DNA from: an uncultured Planctomycetaceae bacterium
GTDB taxonomy: Bacteria > Planctomycetota > Planctomycetia > Planctomycetales > Planctomycetaceae
Assembly: GCA_963813715.1 (NCBI GenBank)
Contig: CAWFAK010000017.1
Span: 352,001 to 416,000 of the forward strand
Direction: 5' to 3'
Length of the DNA stretch: 64,000 bases
Shown: piece by piece, positions 22,266 through 33,868 of the stretch
How positions within the stretch are numbered: the stretch's first letter is position 1
Layout: the number at the start of each line of letters is the position of its first letter
The notes under the pieces: generated by a model
Databases searched by the model: none
What the model was told of the DNA's origin: nothing
Seen by the model: the letters and a program-made list of their open reading frames with translations, nothing else
Made by a program: the position numbers and the translations under genes

Positions 22266-22818
22266 ATGAGCTGTCGGACTTCGCTTTTGGTCGTGGCCCT
22301 CGCGTGCCTGACTCCGCTTTCCGCAATCGCGCAGCTGCCTGCCAACGCCGTGATCCTGGAGAAGGTCAAGATTCCGGAGAAGCAGAAGTCGATCGACCTC
22401 TGCCCGGTTTATCTCACGGCTTCGGATCCGAAGCTCCCGATCTGGGAATACAAGGGGGTCAAGTATCGCGGCAGCAAGGCCGACGCCCGCGAAAAATTTC
22501 TCAAGGACCCCGAAAAATACGCGAAGGCGGCCGAGAGGCAGCGGTTCGTCAACAACTTCATGCGGGCGATGAGCCCGGTCTGGTGCCCCGTCACCGATCA
22601 GGTCTCAGCTGGCGGAATGACCCAGTGGAAAAAGCTCGGCTACACGTGGGAGAGCTGCTGCAGCTTTTGCGACGAGAACGTCAAAGACGACGACTTTCCC
22701 GAAGCGCTCAAGCGATTGGCGCTCCCGTGCCGAGAAGACCTACGCTCTGATCGGCGCGAAATACACTGAAGGCGCAAAGAGCCCGGTCGACGGCGCGATT
22801 AAGAGGCCGAAGTCTTAG
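22266..22818 (+). CDS. Secreted YHS/TRASH-like Cys-rich protein (frameshift near 3' end)
   Basis: Signal peptide; DLCPV...EYKGVKYRGSKADAREKFLKDPEKY, then WCPVT...WESCCSFC. Confidence 0.65.
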
Positions 22819-22857
22819 GTAGCTGAGGGCCGCGGCGCCGTCTTGCGGGCGGCAACG

Positions 22858-23997
22858 TCAATTCTTCGATTCCCCCGGGTCGATGGGGGCCGATCGCTTC
22901 GGTTCTTCGTCGATTCCTGGATCGCGGGGAGTGCTGGCGCTGTCCTTTGAGCGCGAAGGGGCGGGTTCCTTCAGTAGGCTTGGATTGGCACTGCCGGCGG
23001 GCGTTCCGCTAAAAGCTGGCGCATCGCTCCCCGATGATGCCGCTCCATAGGCTGAAGATTCGTCGGTCGCCGCGGCAAAGCTGCGTTGAGCCAGGCCGAC
23101 GGCAACCCCCGCCGGCACCAAACACGCGACGAGCACGACGACAAATCGCACCGCGGGCTTGAACCTTTGCACGGGCGGCAGCGCGAGCAAACCGCAAAGC
23201 ACCGGGGCCGCGATCAACAGCGTGAAATTCGTCGTCGTCAGCTCGCCGAAGAACTCCCCAGCCATCAACAGGCCGAATACGAGCACGGTGCCGATTCCAA
23301 CCACCCCCGTCATCGAATGTGCGCGGGCAAAAAGCAGGCAAACGAGCAGTGCCCCGGCTGCCACGCCGGCAAAGGGCAAGCCGATCATTCCGCCGGTGGC
23401 ATAGCCCGACAGCATGATAGTCGCGCCGGCCGCAGCGGAAATCACCCCCAGGGCCGCCGGCACAGCAAATCCTCCCGCCCGCTGAGCCGCCCAAACCAGA
23501 AGGCCCCAGACGGCCGCCAACAAAATTCCCAGACCCACAAGGTTGCGTAGCGCTTCTTGCTCGGTCCACGTCGAAGGCGCCGTGGGGTCGCCGCCGGGCG
23601 TCCATTTCGCTGGGAGCCACCCCGAGCCGAAAAGCATGAGGAAAGGAAGCGACAACGCGAGCAACAGACGCAAAGTCCGCCCGACCCAGCGCCGGCGCTG
23701 CCAGACAACGGCGAGAATCTCGACGATTCCGGCTGCCGGCAAAAGCACGAACAACAGCCGGTCCTTGTCTTCGACCGGCGGCGTGTTGGGTTTGATACCA
23801 AGCCACCAGCAGCCGATCCCCATTCCGCCGGCGACCGCCAGCACTTCGGCGAAAGTCGCGAGCCGCGAGCGGCGCATCGGCGTGATGGCGGCTGTGGCGA
23901 CCTTGCGCGCTGGCCAGACGCCGAGCAGCAGCATCACGAGAGCGGCGACGCCGCCCGCGGCGGCCGCCCCCTCGAGGATTAGCGTCGCGTCAGGCAT
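22858..23997 (-). CDS. Hypothetical multi-pass membrane protein
   Basis: About 10 hydrophobic segments and a polar C-terminal tail; co-oriented downstream of YceI. Confidence 0.75.
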   Translation of the reverse strand: MPDATLILEGAAAAGGVAALVMLLLGVWPARKVATAAITPMRRSRLATFAEVLAVAGGMGIGCWWLGIKPNTPPVEDKDRLLFVLLPAAGIVEILAVVWQRRRWVGRTLRLLLALSLPFLMLFGSGWLPAKWTPGGDPTAPSTWTEQEALRNLVGLGILLAAVWGLLVWAAQRAGGFAVPAALGVISAAAGATIMLSGYATGGMIGLPFAGVAAGALLVCLLFARAHSMTGVVGIGTVLVFGLLMAGEFFGELTTTNFTLLIAAPVLCGLLALPPVQRFKPAVRFVVVLVACLVPAGVAVGLAQRSFAAATDESSAYGAASSGSDAPAFSGTPAGSANPSLLKEPAPSRSKDSASTPRDPGIDEEPKRSAPIDPGESKN

Positions 23998-24044
23998 TTC
24001 AGCGTTTCCTTTGCGAGCCGAGCAGGCCGGCGCGCACCACGCGA

Positions 24045-24623
24045 CTACTTTCGCGTCCCCTCAAAGCTGACCGCAGCATAGATCTTTTCGCCGAGGGCCG
24101 GCGTGATGGGGCCGATCCCGAAGTCGGCACGCCTCAACGTAAATTCCGCGGAAAATCCCACGCGAGTCACTCCCTTGGGAAACTCGGCCGTATGGCCGCC
24201 CACCAGCTCCAGCGTGACCGGCTTGGTGACGCCGTGCATCGTGAAGTCGCCGGTGACCTCATAGCCCCCCTTCACAGGACGGACGGCGGTGCTCTTGAAT
24301 TTCATCGCCGGGAACTGCTTGACGTTCAGAAAGTCTCCACTGCGAAGATGTTCGTCGCGCTTCTGGTTGTTGGTATCGATGCTGGCGGGATTGATGTTAA
24401 GCGTGAACGACGATTTTTCGGGGTTGACCGTGTCGATCGTGAACTCGCCGCCGAACTGGTCGAACCGTCCCTGGACCCAGGACAGTCCCAGGTGCGAGAT
24501 CTTGAAATTGACGCCCGCGTGCATCCCATCGACGGAATATTCGTCGGCGGCAACGGGCGAGACGAGACCAAGCGCAGCGGCCAGCGCGAGGCCGGCCATC
24601 GTGACGCAAACGCGACGAAACAT
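24045..24623 (-). CDS. YceI family lipid/polyisoprenoid-binding protein
   Basis: Signal peptide; YSVDGMHAGVNFKISHLGLS; SIDTNNQKRDEHLRSGDF; GDFTMHGVTKPV. Confidence 0.92.
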   Translation of the reverse strand: MFRRVCVTMAGLALAAALGLVSPVAADEYSVDGMHAGVNFKISHLGLSWVQGRFDQFGGEFTIDTVNPEKSSFTLNINPASIDTNNQKRDEHLRSGDFLNVKQFPAMKFKSTAVRPVKGGYEVTGDFTMHGVTKPVTLELVGGHTAEFPKGVTRVGFSAEFTLRRADFGIGPITPALGEKIYAAVSFEGTRK

Positions 24624-24819
24624 CGACTTGCTCCGGATTTCGAGTGGGTCGCTCACGGACGTTCGACTCGCTCCCACGCGGGCGCGAGTGCCGTTTCGTA
24701 ACACGTACTCTAACGCCCGCGTCGCACGCCGCAAACAATGGCCGTGCGGGCGGGAAGCAAAAACTTGGCGGTCAAGAAGAGCGACTGCCGGTCGCGAAAA
24801 GTTGTGAAGAAACGGCAGC

Positions 24820-26087
24820 TCAGGCTGGCTGCGGGCGGCCGAGCCGCGCGGGAATCGACAAAAATCCCGTCGCCAGAAAGGGGTCGGTGTTGTCGGACCA
24901 GACGGTCAGCGGCGGAAACGACCCCTGCTGCGTGGTCAGCACGTCGTACGAACGGCCGTCGGCCGTCCCCAACCAGAAGCGCACCCCGTAATCCCCCGCC
25001 CGCAGCCCAATCGCCGGCAGCTCGAGGTCGATCGAGTACGTCGTCCCGGCCGTCAGCGGCTCAGTCGACACGACTTCGCTCACCGAAGTGATCGTCTCGT
25101 AGTGCGTCGCCGATTCCAACGAGAAGAAGTAGCGGAGGTTGGGGACGCTCTCGAAGACGTGGTACGTCGTGCGCAGGCGCACCGTTTCGCCGGCGCGAAA
25201 GTCCCACTTTTTGTCACCGTGGGCATCTTCCACGCTCACGTCGGTGAATCGCACCGCGCCCGTGCTGCGGTTGAGCCGGTCGCGCAGATTGGTGTTCGCG
25301 TCGACTTCGAGGCGGCACAACAGCTCGTTGTAGCGCCGCAACACGTCGGGCGTGGGGCCGTCCTGCACGAGTTGGCCATGGTCGATGAGGATCGACCGCG
25401 GGCAAAGTTGCCGAATGGCGCCCAGGTTGTGGCTGATGAAAAGCACGGTCCGCGCCTGCTGCGCGGCCGCCTCCATCCGCGAGAGGCACTTCTTCTGAAA
25501 GGACGCGTCACCGACGGCCAAGACTTCGTCGATGAGCAGGATGTCCGGCTCGAGGTGGGCGGCCACCGCGAAGGCCAGCCGGACGTACATCCCGCTCGAA
25601 TAGCGTTTGACGGGCATTTCGAGAAACTGGCTCATCTCGGCAAAGTCGACGATGGCGTCGAACTTGCGCCGGATCTCGTCCTTCCGCATCCCGGCAATCG
25701 CGCCGCTCAAGAAGATGTTCTCGCGGCCCGTGAGTTCCGGGTGAAAACCCGTGCCGACCTCCAGCAGCGTGCCGATGCGACCGCGAACGACGGCACTCCC
25801 GCTCGTGGGCCGCGTGATGCGCCCAACAGTTTGAGCAACGTCGATTTGCCTGCCCCGTTGCGGCCGATAATCCCGACGACTTCGCCAGGCCGAATCTCGA
25901 AGCCGACGTCCTTGAGTGCCCAGAGCGTCTCGGTGCCGCCGATGCGGGCCGGATCGCGAAGCCGGTCCCAGACGGCGGCTAACATCGACCGCGACCCGTT
26001 GCCCGCGCGTCCAGTACCGGTCTGCGGCCGGGCGGCGGCAATCTGGTAGCGCTTGGAGAGTCCGGCGGCCTCAATGGCGTTTCGCAT
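24820..26087 (-). CDS. Wzt-type polysaccharide ABC transporter ATPase with Wzt_C domain (frameshifts near 25715-25820)
   Basis: [31 protein letters not shown] (Walker A); [43 protein letters not shown]. Confidence 0.88.
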
Positions 26088-26384
26088 TAATGACTTCAGT
26101 CGATTTCGAGTCGGCTTTTTTTTCGGAGCGGTTTGCGATCTCGAGGCTCGTGAACGGGCAGCTCCCGGCTCGATCGACCGCCAAACGTAAACCTCTGGAT
26201 CAATTGAGACTTCGATAAAGTCCACAAGCGGCTCGACAGCCGGTCGCGTCATTTATTTTAGCACGGACGCTCACGGTTCACTCGGCGGCGATCGTTTCCC
26301 GAATTGGGCATGGTTCTTGGCGTTGCGTGTTCCCTGGGCGAATTGCCGAAAAAGCCCTCCGAGCGTGGCGTGGGAGATAGTCAA

Positions 26385-26564
26385 ATGAGAGAATTCGTCA
26401 TCGAACGCACGAACGAAATGAAGCGGGAGTGGTGGACGGGTTCGGACTGGACCGAGGACGAGCATGAGGCTCGCTGGTACCGGGAGGAGCCCGATGCCCC
26501 CAGCGAAACTCAGGACGAAAACGCCCGCGCCGTCCGTCACGCAGCCGGCGTGATCGACGACTAA
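26385..26564 (+). CDS. Small acidic Trp-rich hypothetical protein (59 aa)
   Basis: MREFVIERTNEMKREWWTGSDWTEDEHEARWYREEP...; GGGAG RBS upstream. Confidence 0.55.
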   Translation: MREFVIERTNEMKREWWTGSDWTEDEHEARWYREEPDAPSETQDENARAVRHAAGVIDD

Positions 26565-26597
26565 CGGCCGCTCATCAGTTGGACTGAGAAGGGGACG

Positions 26598-27527
26598 ATG
26601 CCACCGCCGGGCTCGATGGACATCGTACTCCTTCTCGTCTCCGGAGTGGCGACCGGCGCGGCCGGCGCCGTCCTCGGGACGGGCGGCGGTGTGTTCCTGA
26701 TCCCCATTCTGCTGCTCGGCTTTCATGTGCCGATGCACAACGCGGTTGGCACCAGCATCTTGACCGTCGTGGCCACTTCGACGGCCGTGGCGATCGGAAA
26801 TCTCGATCGGGGCACGGCCAACATGCGTCTGGGGATGACGCTCGAGATCGCCACCTCCATTGGCGCGTTGACCGGTGGACTGTCAGCGGCCTTCCTTCCG
26901 GCGCGCGCTCTGGAGATCGTGTTCGCTGCCGTGCTGTTGCCGACGGCCTTTGTGATGTGGCGACAGCGGCACGGCGAGGCCGACGCGGCAGAACCCAAAC
27001 CGACCGGACCCACCCAAGCGGCGACAGGTGCCGTCCTGCCGCTGCCCATGGAAGCGACGAGCGGTCTCACACCGCCTCAAAGCCCAGGACGGTTTACCGA
27101 TCGGCTATCCGCTGAGTATGAAGATCCGGTCCTGCACCGCCGCATTGCCTATCGGCTGCATCGCCTGTGGGCGGGCCTTTCGGTGTCTTTCGTGGCAGGA
27201 GTGATGTCCGGCCTGTTGGGGATTGGCGGCGGCGTGTTCAAAGTTCCCGCCCTCAACGTGCTCTGCGGCGTGCCGATCAAAGCGGCGGCCGCCACTTCCA
27301 CTTTCATGATCGGCGTGACGGCGGCGGCCAGCGCGTTTTTGTATTTCGGCCATGGCCAGGTTGATCCGAGCTACACGTCCCCGGTGGTGATCGGCGTGGT
27401 CGTCGGCTCCTGGGTGGGCGCGTATCTCAATCGCTTCGTTGGCGGTCGGGCCGTCAAACGGGTGTTTGCCGTGCTGTTGATCGGCGTCGCGCTCGAAATG
27501 TTCGGCCGCGGTCTCGGCTGGATTTAG
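26598..27527 (+). CDS. TauE/SafE (TSUP) sulfite exporter family protein
   Basis: Two repeats: GAVLGTGGGVFLIP and SGLLGIGGGVFKVP...KAAAATSTFMIGVT. Confidence 0.9.
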   Translation: MPPPGSMDIVLLLVSGVATGAAGAVLGTGGGVFLIPILLLGFHVPMHNAVGTSILTVVATSTAVAIGNLDRGTANMRLGMTLEIATSIGALTGGLSAAFLPARALEIVFAAVLLPTAFVMWRQRHGEADAAEPKPTGPTQAATGAVLPLPMEATSGLTPPQSPGRFTDRLSAEYEDPVLHRRIAYRLHRLWAGLSVSFVAGVMSGLLGIGGGVFKVPALNVLCGVPIKAAAATSTFMIGVTAAASAFLYFGHGQVDPSYTSPVVIGVVVGSWVGAYLNRFVGGRAVKRVFAVLLIGVALEMFGRGLGWI

Positions 27528-27539
27528 GTGCGAACGGGA

Positions 27540-27925
27540 ATGACCGACAAATTGTCAACAACCGAATCCGCAGACCAACGCGAGAGTCGCCTCGCCCGCG
27601 CGGTGAGCTGGACGTTGACCACCGGACTCACGGCCAGCGTGGCGCTCATGCTGCTCGGCGGGGCGTTCCTTCTGAAAGGGACGGCCGCCGGGAATCACGC
27701 TGAGAATCATCCCGAGAAGGGCTGGCTCGCGCTGCCGCTCCGCGCCCTGCACGGCGATGGGACGGCGCTGCTGGCCCTCGGCCTGGTCGTGCTGATGCTG
27801 ACTCCCGCGGCCCGCGTGCTCATTTTGGCCGTCGGCTGGGCGCGGATCGGGACTGGACCTTCAGCCTGATCGCCTTCTGCGTGCTCGTTCTCCTGAGTCT
27901 GAGCGTCGTCTTGGGCACCGGCTAG
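27540..27925 (+). CDS. DUF1634 membrane protein (frameshift near 27845)
   Basis: VSWTLTTGLTASVALMLLG...LGLVVLMLTPAARV; typical partner of this TauE subfamily. Confidence 0.75.
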
Positions 27926-28045
27926 CGGCCGAAAGCTGCTCCACGGAAACGGCAAAATCCGCCGCTCGGCGAAGCAAAAACCTTAGGTTGTCAGCCCCGG
28001 TCCACTCCCCTATGATTTTGACCTTATTGCGGTCCCCCGCAATCG

Positions 28046-28118
28046 GGACAGGTAGCTCAGTTGGTAGAGCACAGGACTGAAAATCCTGGTGTCGGCGGTT
28101 CAATTCCGCCCCTGTCCA
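28046..28118 (+). tRNA. tRNA-Phe (GAA)
   Basis: GGACAGG/CCTGTCC acceptor stem, D arm AGCTCAGTTGGTAGAGC, anticodon loop CTGAAAA, T loop GGTTCAATTCC. CCA is not encoded. Confidence 0.97.
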
Positions 28119-28328
28119 CTCCCACGTTCCCCGTCGACGATCCTGCGGGCGTTCTTCGAGCCGGCAATCTTGCCGGAGCCGAAGGCGGAGAAACGCGCTC
28201 GGGCGACGATCAACATCTATCTGACGTCACTTTACACCACAACTCCCGGCCAGGACGCAACGGACCAGCCCTTCTACGGCGACTTGTCGGACCTGGTTCG
28301 TGCGGCACGCAGCTTGGTAGGGGCTTCC

Positions 28329-29738
28329 TCATTTCGCATCAGCGGCCGCTTCAAAGCTCAGGCTCGCAACGATCTTCTCGAAGACCGGCCTTGCATCCTC
28401 AAACAGCGACGCCGGGCACTTGCAGATCACGGTCAACTGATGCGCTTGATTGAGGGCCGTCGCGCGACAGCCCCTGATCTCCGTGCTGAAAACTCCCTCC
28501 GTCGCTGTGAAATCCGAAATTTGTGCCTCGCCGTACCCTTTCGTCTTGATGCCCCGAGATCGCGGCGCCTCGTTGTACGACTTGAAGTTTTCGGATGACT
28601 TATCGCGCAGGTATTCGTGGATCTGTTCGGCGGCCGGCGCATCACGCCGGGCCGGCGCGGCCTTTTTTCGCATGGCGACGACGGCCTCTCGAATTGCGCC
28701 GCCCGTCAGGTTCTCGCTGATTTCGACCGAGAGCCCGCCGTCGGTGAACCCGGCCCACACCGGGCCGACGTTCTTGCCTCCGCGGAACCGCTGTTTCCAA
28801 TCCGCGGGCACTTCGCAACTCAGCACCGCCTCGAAGCTCTTTGGACTGAACACGACATACGCTGGGGGCGCCGCGTACGGAGTCGCCTGCCTCGGTCCAC
28901 GAAGAAAGTACGCGCCGCCGGCAACAAGCGCGACCAGGCCAATCAATCCCGCGATGGGCAGGACTCGCCCCAGACCGATTGAGGTCGACGTTTTCGCGCT
29001 GCGTTCGACTTTGCCGGCGGCCTTCGACTGCGGTTTGGCAGTCCGTTTCGGTTCGACCGCCGACGGTTTGGATTGAGTGGTCGGAGTGGCGGCATGCTCC
29101 ACGACTTTTTTAGGCGAGGCCTTCGGGGGCGTAACGTGCCGACTGGAGACGGAGGGCGGCGCTGTGGTTGCCACTCGTCTCTCCGCAACCATCGACCCTG
29201 AGCTTTGGAGAGTCATTCGGGCGCCGGCATTTGACGCTGCCTTCGGAAGCGCGGACTCATCCTGGGAAGGCGGCTCGGGCGAGGACACTTGGAAGGCCTC
29301 AACGGGAGCGACTTCGGTGGGAGAGGCTTCGATGGGAACGACCGGGTGCGTGTCGCCACCTAAAATGGCCGTTGAGTCCAGCGCGCTCGAAGAGTCGGCG
29401 GGCTGCTCGTCCGCCGGCGTAAACGCCAAAGGATCCGACTCGCTGCTGAGATCGATCCGGAAAGTCAAATCGTCGATCGAAATCGTGTCGTCGTGCAGCA
29501 GGATCGATTCATGCTTGCCGACGCGATGTCCGTTGACGAGCGTCCCGTTCGTGCTGCCGAGATCGCGAATCCGAAGCGTGTACTCGTCCAGCAGCAGGAC
29601 GCAATGATGGAGACTGACCGATTTGCTATCCAGCCGCAGCTGACAGTCCGTTTCGCGACCGATGAGCAGTTTGCCAACAGGCACTCGGATCGTTTCGCCC
29701 GACAAAGGCCCTCTGACGACCCGCAGTTTCGCGTCCAT
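28329..29738 (-). CDS. FHA domain membrane protein
   Basis: LLIGRETDCQLRLDSKSVSLHHC...IRDLGSTNGTLVNG (FHA), followed by a P/S/A-rich linker, one TM and a C-terminal domain. Confidence 0.88.
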   Translation of the reverse strand: MDAKLRVVRGPLSGETIRVPVGKLLIGRETDCQLRLDSKSVSLHHCVLLLDEYTLRIRDLGSTNGTLVNGHRVGKHESILLHDDTISIDDLTFRIDLSSESDPLAFTPADEQPADSSSALDSTAILGGDTHPVVPIEASPTEVAPVEAFQVSSPEPPSQDESALPKAASNAGARMTLQSSGSMVAERRVATTAPPSVSSRHVTPPKASPKKVVEHAATPTTQSKPSAVEPKRTAKPQSKAAGKVERSAKTSTSIGLGRVLPIAGLIGLVALVAGGAYFLRGPRQATPYAAPPAYVVFSPKSFEAVLSCEVPADWKQRFRGGKNVGPVWAGFTDGGLSVEISENLTGGAIREAVVAMRKKAAPARRDAPAAEQIHEYLRDKSSENFKSYNEAPRSRGIKTKGYGEAQISDFTATEGVFSTEIRGCRATALNQAHQLTVICKCPASLFEDARPVFEKIVASLSFEAAADAK

Positions 29739-30023
29739 GTTTGTGGCACCGCCTTCTACAGAAGGTCAATCGGGCTCAAGACCTAAAGTTCCTCCAACTT
29801 CGCTATGGCAGGTGTGAGCAGGCTGATTAGGAAGGCACCCTACGGGCGGGATATTTCGATTCGGTGAGTCGCGTATGTAATTTGTGTGAAGTGCTCCCGC
29901 GAACGATCCCGACGCATCGTGTCGCGGGACTTGCTCGACTCGGCCACGTAGCGGAGGACGCCTCTGCAATCCGCGACAAGTCTTCCGTTGAGAGAAAACG
30001 CTCTCAGCTCCTCCTCGCGCCGA

Positions 30024-31154
30024 TTATTGCGTCGGCAGGCTGAAGCCCTGCATGTCGAAGCGGTTGCAGAGCAGATACATGACGGGCAAAGCGGTGCCGC
30101 TGCCAATCGACTGGATGCTCTGACTGAGGTAGCACACCGAACCGTCGCACAGAGCGATGTGGGCGCCGGCGTCGTGTCCCGAGCTGATGTCGCCCGGATA
30201 GCCTACCCGGAAAACGACGGTCGGGACGGGCGCGATCGTCGCGGTGCCGGTCCAGCCGAGCCCGTTGCCGTTGATGCCGAACAACGGGGTGAAGCAGACG
30301 TCGGAAGCCACGGTGTTGCCCGAGGTCTCCGGAACCCCCTGGCCGCCGGTTCCATCGGCATTGGCCCAGTAGGCATAGCAAGTTTGCCCGGCATTCTCGG
30401 TGCAGATCGTGTTGCTCGAACCGGTCGAGCAGGTGGAACCTCTGTGCTCAGCGAGAAGGGCCGTATGCGATGTGCCGTCGAAGATGTCCGCGACGCGGAC
30501 GTGGCTGTCCTGGAACATCACGCCGCCGTTGTCAACCGAGGGATTGGTCACCCGGTCGATGACATTGATGTTGTCGGTCGCCGCGCTCCAAGTCCCGATG
30601 CCGTCCGAGAGTCCCGGCCGGAGCGGAGCCGCAGTTAAATTGGGCGCGCCGGAATTGGCGAGATAATTCGAAACGGCGCCCGCCGTGGGCCGATCCCCCA
30701 TGTCGCCGGGCGCGCCGAACAAAGTGTTCGCAGCGGTGCCAGCGCAGCGGAACCCGGACGTCTGGCTCACGTCGCCGGACGACGGGCACTTGAAGAGCGC
30801 CAACGGAAGTTTGATCTGATCGATATTACGATTTGGCGCCGCCCCCGTTGTGTCGGTCATCAGGGCATTGAAGTTCACGAGATCGTGAATCAGACCGAAC
30901 TCGATGTAAGGCAACAGCAGCATTCCCCACGAGGCCTGATTCTCGGCCATCCACCCGCAGGGGAAGACGTGATTCGTGTCGTGATAATTGTGGCAGGCCA
31001 GCGCCAGCTGCTTGAGATTGTTCTTGCAGGCGGTCCGGCGTGCCGCCTCGCGGGCGGCTTGCACGGCCGGGAGCAGCAGGGCGATCAGAATCGCCATAAT
31101 CGAGATTACGACCAGCACTTCGACGAGCGTGAATCCGTTCTTACGTCCGGTCAT
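30024..31154 (-). CDS. DUF1559 prepilin-type N-terminal cleavage/methylation protein
   Basis: [65 protein letters not shown] (H-X9-DG). Confidence 0.93.
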   Translation of the reverse strand: MTGRKNGFTLVEVLVVISIMAILIALLLPAVQAAREAARRTACKNNLKQLALACHNYHDTNHVFPCGWMAENQASWGMLLLPYIEFGLIHDLVNFNALMTDTTGAAPNRNIDQIKLPLALFKCPSSGDVSQTSGFRCAGTAANTLFGAPGDMGDRPTAGAVSNYLANSGAPNLTAAPLRPGLSDGIGTWSAATDNINVIDRVTNPSVDNGGVMFQDSHVRVADIFDGTSHTALLAEHRGSTCSTGSSNTICTENAGQTCYAYWANADGTGGQGVPETSGNTVASDVCFTPLFGINGNGLGWTGTATIAPVPTVVFRVGYPGDISSGHDAGAHIALCDGSVCYLSQSIQSIGSGTALPVMYLLCNRFDMQGFSLPTQ

Positions 31155-31812
31155 CGCCTGGCCCTCCAAGATCATCGGGCTCGTCTGCAGGGATCAGATT
31201 TTCACTTGTGGCATGGATGGCCCAGCCTATACGCCAGCGCACAGAACTGCCAGCTCTTATTTGTGTGCCCGGACGCTCAGTCGCATCCGACAATCTTCAT
31301 CAAATCTTGATTTGTCGCGCTGCCGCCAGAAATGCGCTAGACGCCGAATCGGGATTCTTTTCCGGACCGCGACGCGGCCGACTCCTACGACAGTTGACCC
31401 GTGCGGGTGCCTTTCGCCCGTCGATTATGGCCACGCGTTCGCCTTTGAATTGAATTTGCGGGCACCAAAGCTCGATTCGTAGGGCGACGTTTATGCAAGT
31501 CGTCGATTCCATAAGGCGGCGTCGGTGTGTCGGACCGACGCTGCGCAGCGTCAGTTGCTCCGGCGCGTCACGCCGACTGTAGAGGGAAGGCCAAACGAAA
31601 AGCCACGAGCGGATTGTGTCAAGAAACTCGTTCCCCACGGCTTTCCGGTGTTTTGAATTACAGAGTGAGTTCTTGGGCTTCACCGGCAGCCGCGTTGTTG
31701 TTGGCTTCGAGGCACTGACGGCCGTGAACGGGAAAAACCGAAGGATTTCGCGAAATAAAACTGTGGATCGCAAATGTGACGCCACGCTGGCCACGGAATC
31801 CGCGAAAGGGAG

Positions 31813-33295
31813 TTAGCGCGTCTGACCGCCTGCAGGGCCGTCCGGCGAACTGGCGTCGCGCGGGCATTCAAAAACGGCAATCGCGTTGCCCTCTTCGCAG
31901 CCGACGAAGAGGAAGCGTCCAGTCGGATCGAACGCGAGTCCATTAGCTCCCGCTAGCGGTGTTCCCTTCTCGCCGTGGTCGAGCGTTGTAACGTGTGTCA
32001 AAAAGCCTGTATTCGGGTCGCGCACGAAACAGGCTAATGTGCCCGAGGCGGTTGCAGTCGCATAAGCGCTGCGGCCGTCCGGGCTGACAATGATCTTGTT
32101 ACCGCCCACAAAATCGCGGAATCCGTTCTCGTTATTCAGAAACTGTTGGGCAACGCTTACGGTTCCATCGTCGCTTATGTGGAAGACGCCGATGCCTCCC
32201 GTTTTTCCAAAATTGCCTGCGGCCGTGTAGAGAAACTGGTGGTCGGGACTGAGGGTCGCCGAACTCACGTCTTCAAGGCATTTCACGCCCGACTCTCCTT
32301 GCCGACAAACCATTGCAACGCCAATAAATCCGGACCGCGGATCGCGCCGGCAGACCACGAGCGTTCCGGCGCGATGGCTGGTGACAAACAGCGTTCGTCC
32401 ACTCGGATGACAGAGAACTCCCCGCGCCGGCAAAGCACCCGTCTTGACCGACATCCGAGTCGACCCAATGCAGTCCTCCGTGAGCAGCCACCCGAAGGAT
32501 CGTCACCTCGCCTCCCGGTGGCGTTTGGTCTCGGTTCCTCCCCGGCTGGTGCGAGTCGGCAACGTAGATGAACTTGAAATCAGGGCTTACGGCCACATCG
32601 ACAGGCCAGTTCAATCCAGTGGATTCCTCGTCGCCGGACGTGAACACGCTTTCAATTTCCAAGTGTCCGGTCGCCGGTGTCCGCCTGAAAAGCACGGCGG
32701 TTTTTGCATGACACGCACACGCTACAGCGCGCTGGCCGTCTCCAAAAATTCGGAAGGCGGTCGTGCCCCCGAGCCTTGGGTCGGTTATCGTCTGTTGATG
32801 TTTGAGGTGGCCGCCGGCATCAATTGCAAATTGAGCGATCGACCCAGCCCGGAACGACGCGGAATACAGCCATTTTCCGTCGCTACTGACCTGTACGTCA
32901 CAGATTCCTTCGAGATCGTCACGTCGGACAAAATCGACCATTCGCAGAACGCCCGCGCTTCCGACGACCGGCGCTGAAGAGGCCGGACCACTGAATTTTC
33001 CGGATTCGCGGACAAGCTTCTCCATACCACGCCGGAGCTCTCCAAACTCGGACTCCAAAACGGTTATTTGTTTCTTCAACTCGCTTCGCTCGCCCTCCAG
33101 CACTTTGAGGCGTTGCTCGACCGCCATTACGCGACGCTCGTGGTCGGCATCATTCGGTGAAAGTCCCGGTGGAGATGCGCTGACGCTGCCGGCTAGAGCC
33201 GCGACGATAATCCCGACTACTGTGATGTTGCTGAGCCGCGTCCGCCGAGAAATGCCCAAGGCGAGCGGACATTCGTGTCGCTTCTGCATTTCCAT
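31813..33295 (-). CDS. Secreted lactonase-like beta-propeller protein with N-terminal coiled coil (frameshift near 32420)
   Basis: Blades VSSDGKWLYSAS, VSPDFKFIYVA, LSPDHQFLYTA, VSPDGRSAYA and FDPTGRFLFV; heptad-rich segment after the signal/TM region. Confidence 0.78.
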
Positions 33296-33868
33296 TCTCC
33301 TTGCGAAAAGCCTGGTGAATCGAGAATTTCGGCCGCCTCCGCATGCTTGAGAAGCGTCGTCGACAAACGCCGGCAAAGCCGATTAACTGCGGGGCAGACT
33401 CTTCTCGCGACAGCGCTCCGGGTCGCGGATGCATGAATGGCTATTTTCGGCCAACGCTCTCCGACGTGAACCGCACGAGCAACGCCAAGGATAAGAAGAA
33501 ATCAGTGGAAAAACGACGATTAAGAAACAAGTTCTAATCTCAAACCTTTTTTCGGACACACCGAAAAACCACCCATTTTCCGGACCGGGCCAGTGTGTCC
33601 CGAAAAAAAACTTCAAGACGATTTCCGGGATCCGGCACATCAAAGCGACATTTCTCAACCGCGCCGAAAATGGCGGTTCGTGGCCCACCGCCGGCTTCGG
33701 TGGAAATACAGGTGGTCCGAGTCCCGTTTAGGCAGGCGGATCATGGCTCGTCAAGTGTGTCGCTGCTGCTGAGAGCTCCTTTCGGGCAGACGATCCGTTC
33801 TTGTAGAGTCTCAATGAAACCAACGCCGATGTTGCGGAGTAGGCGTAACCGTTCTTAACTTCGCGAAC

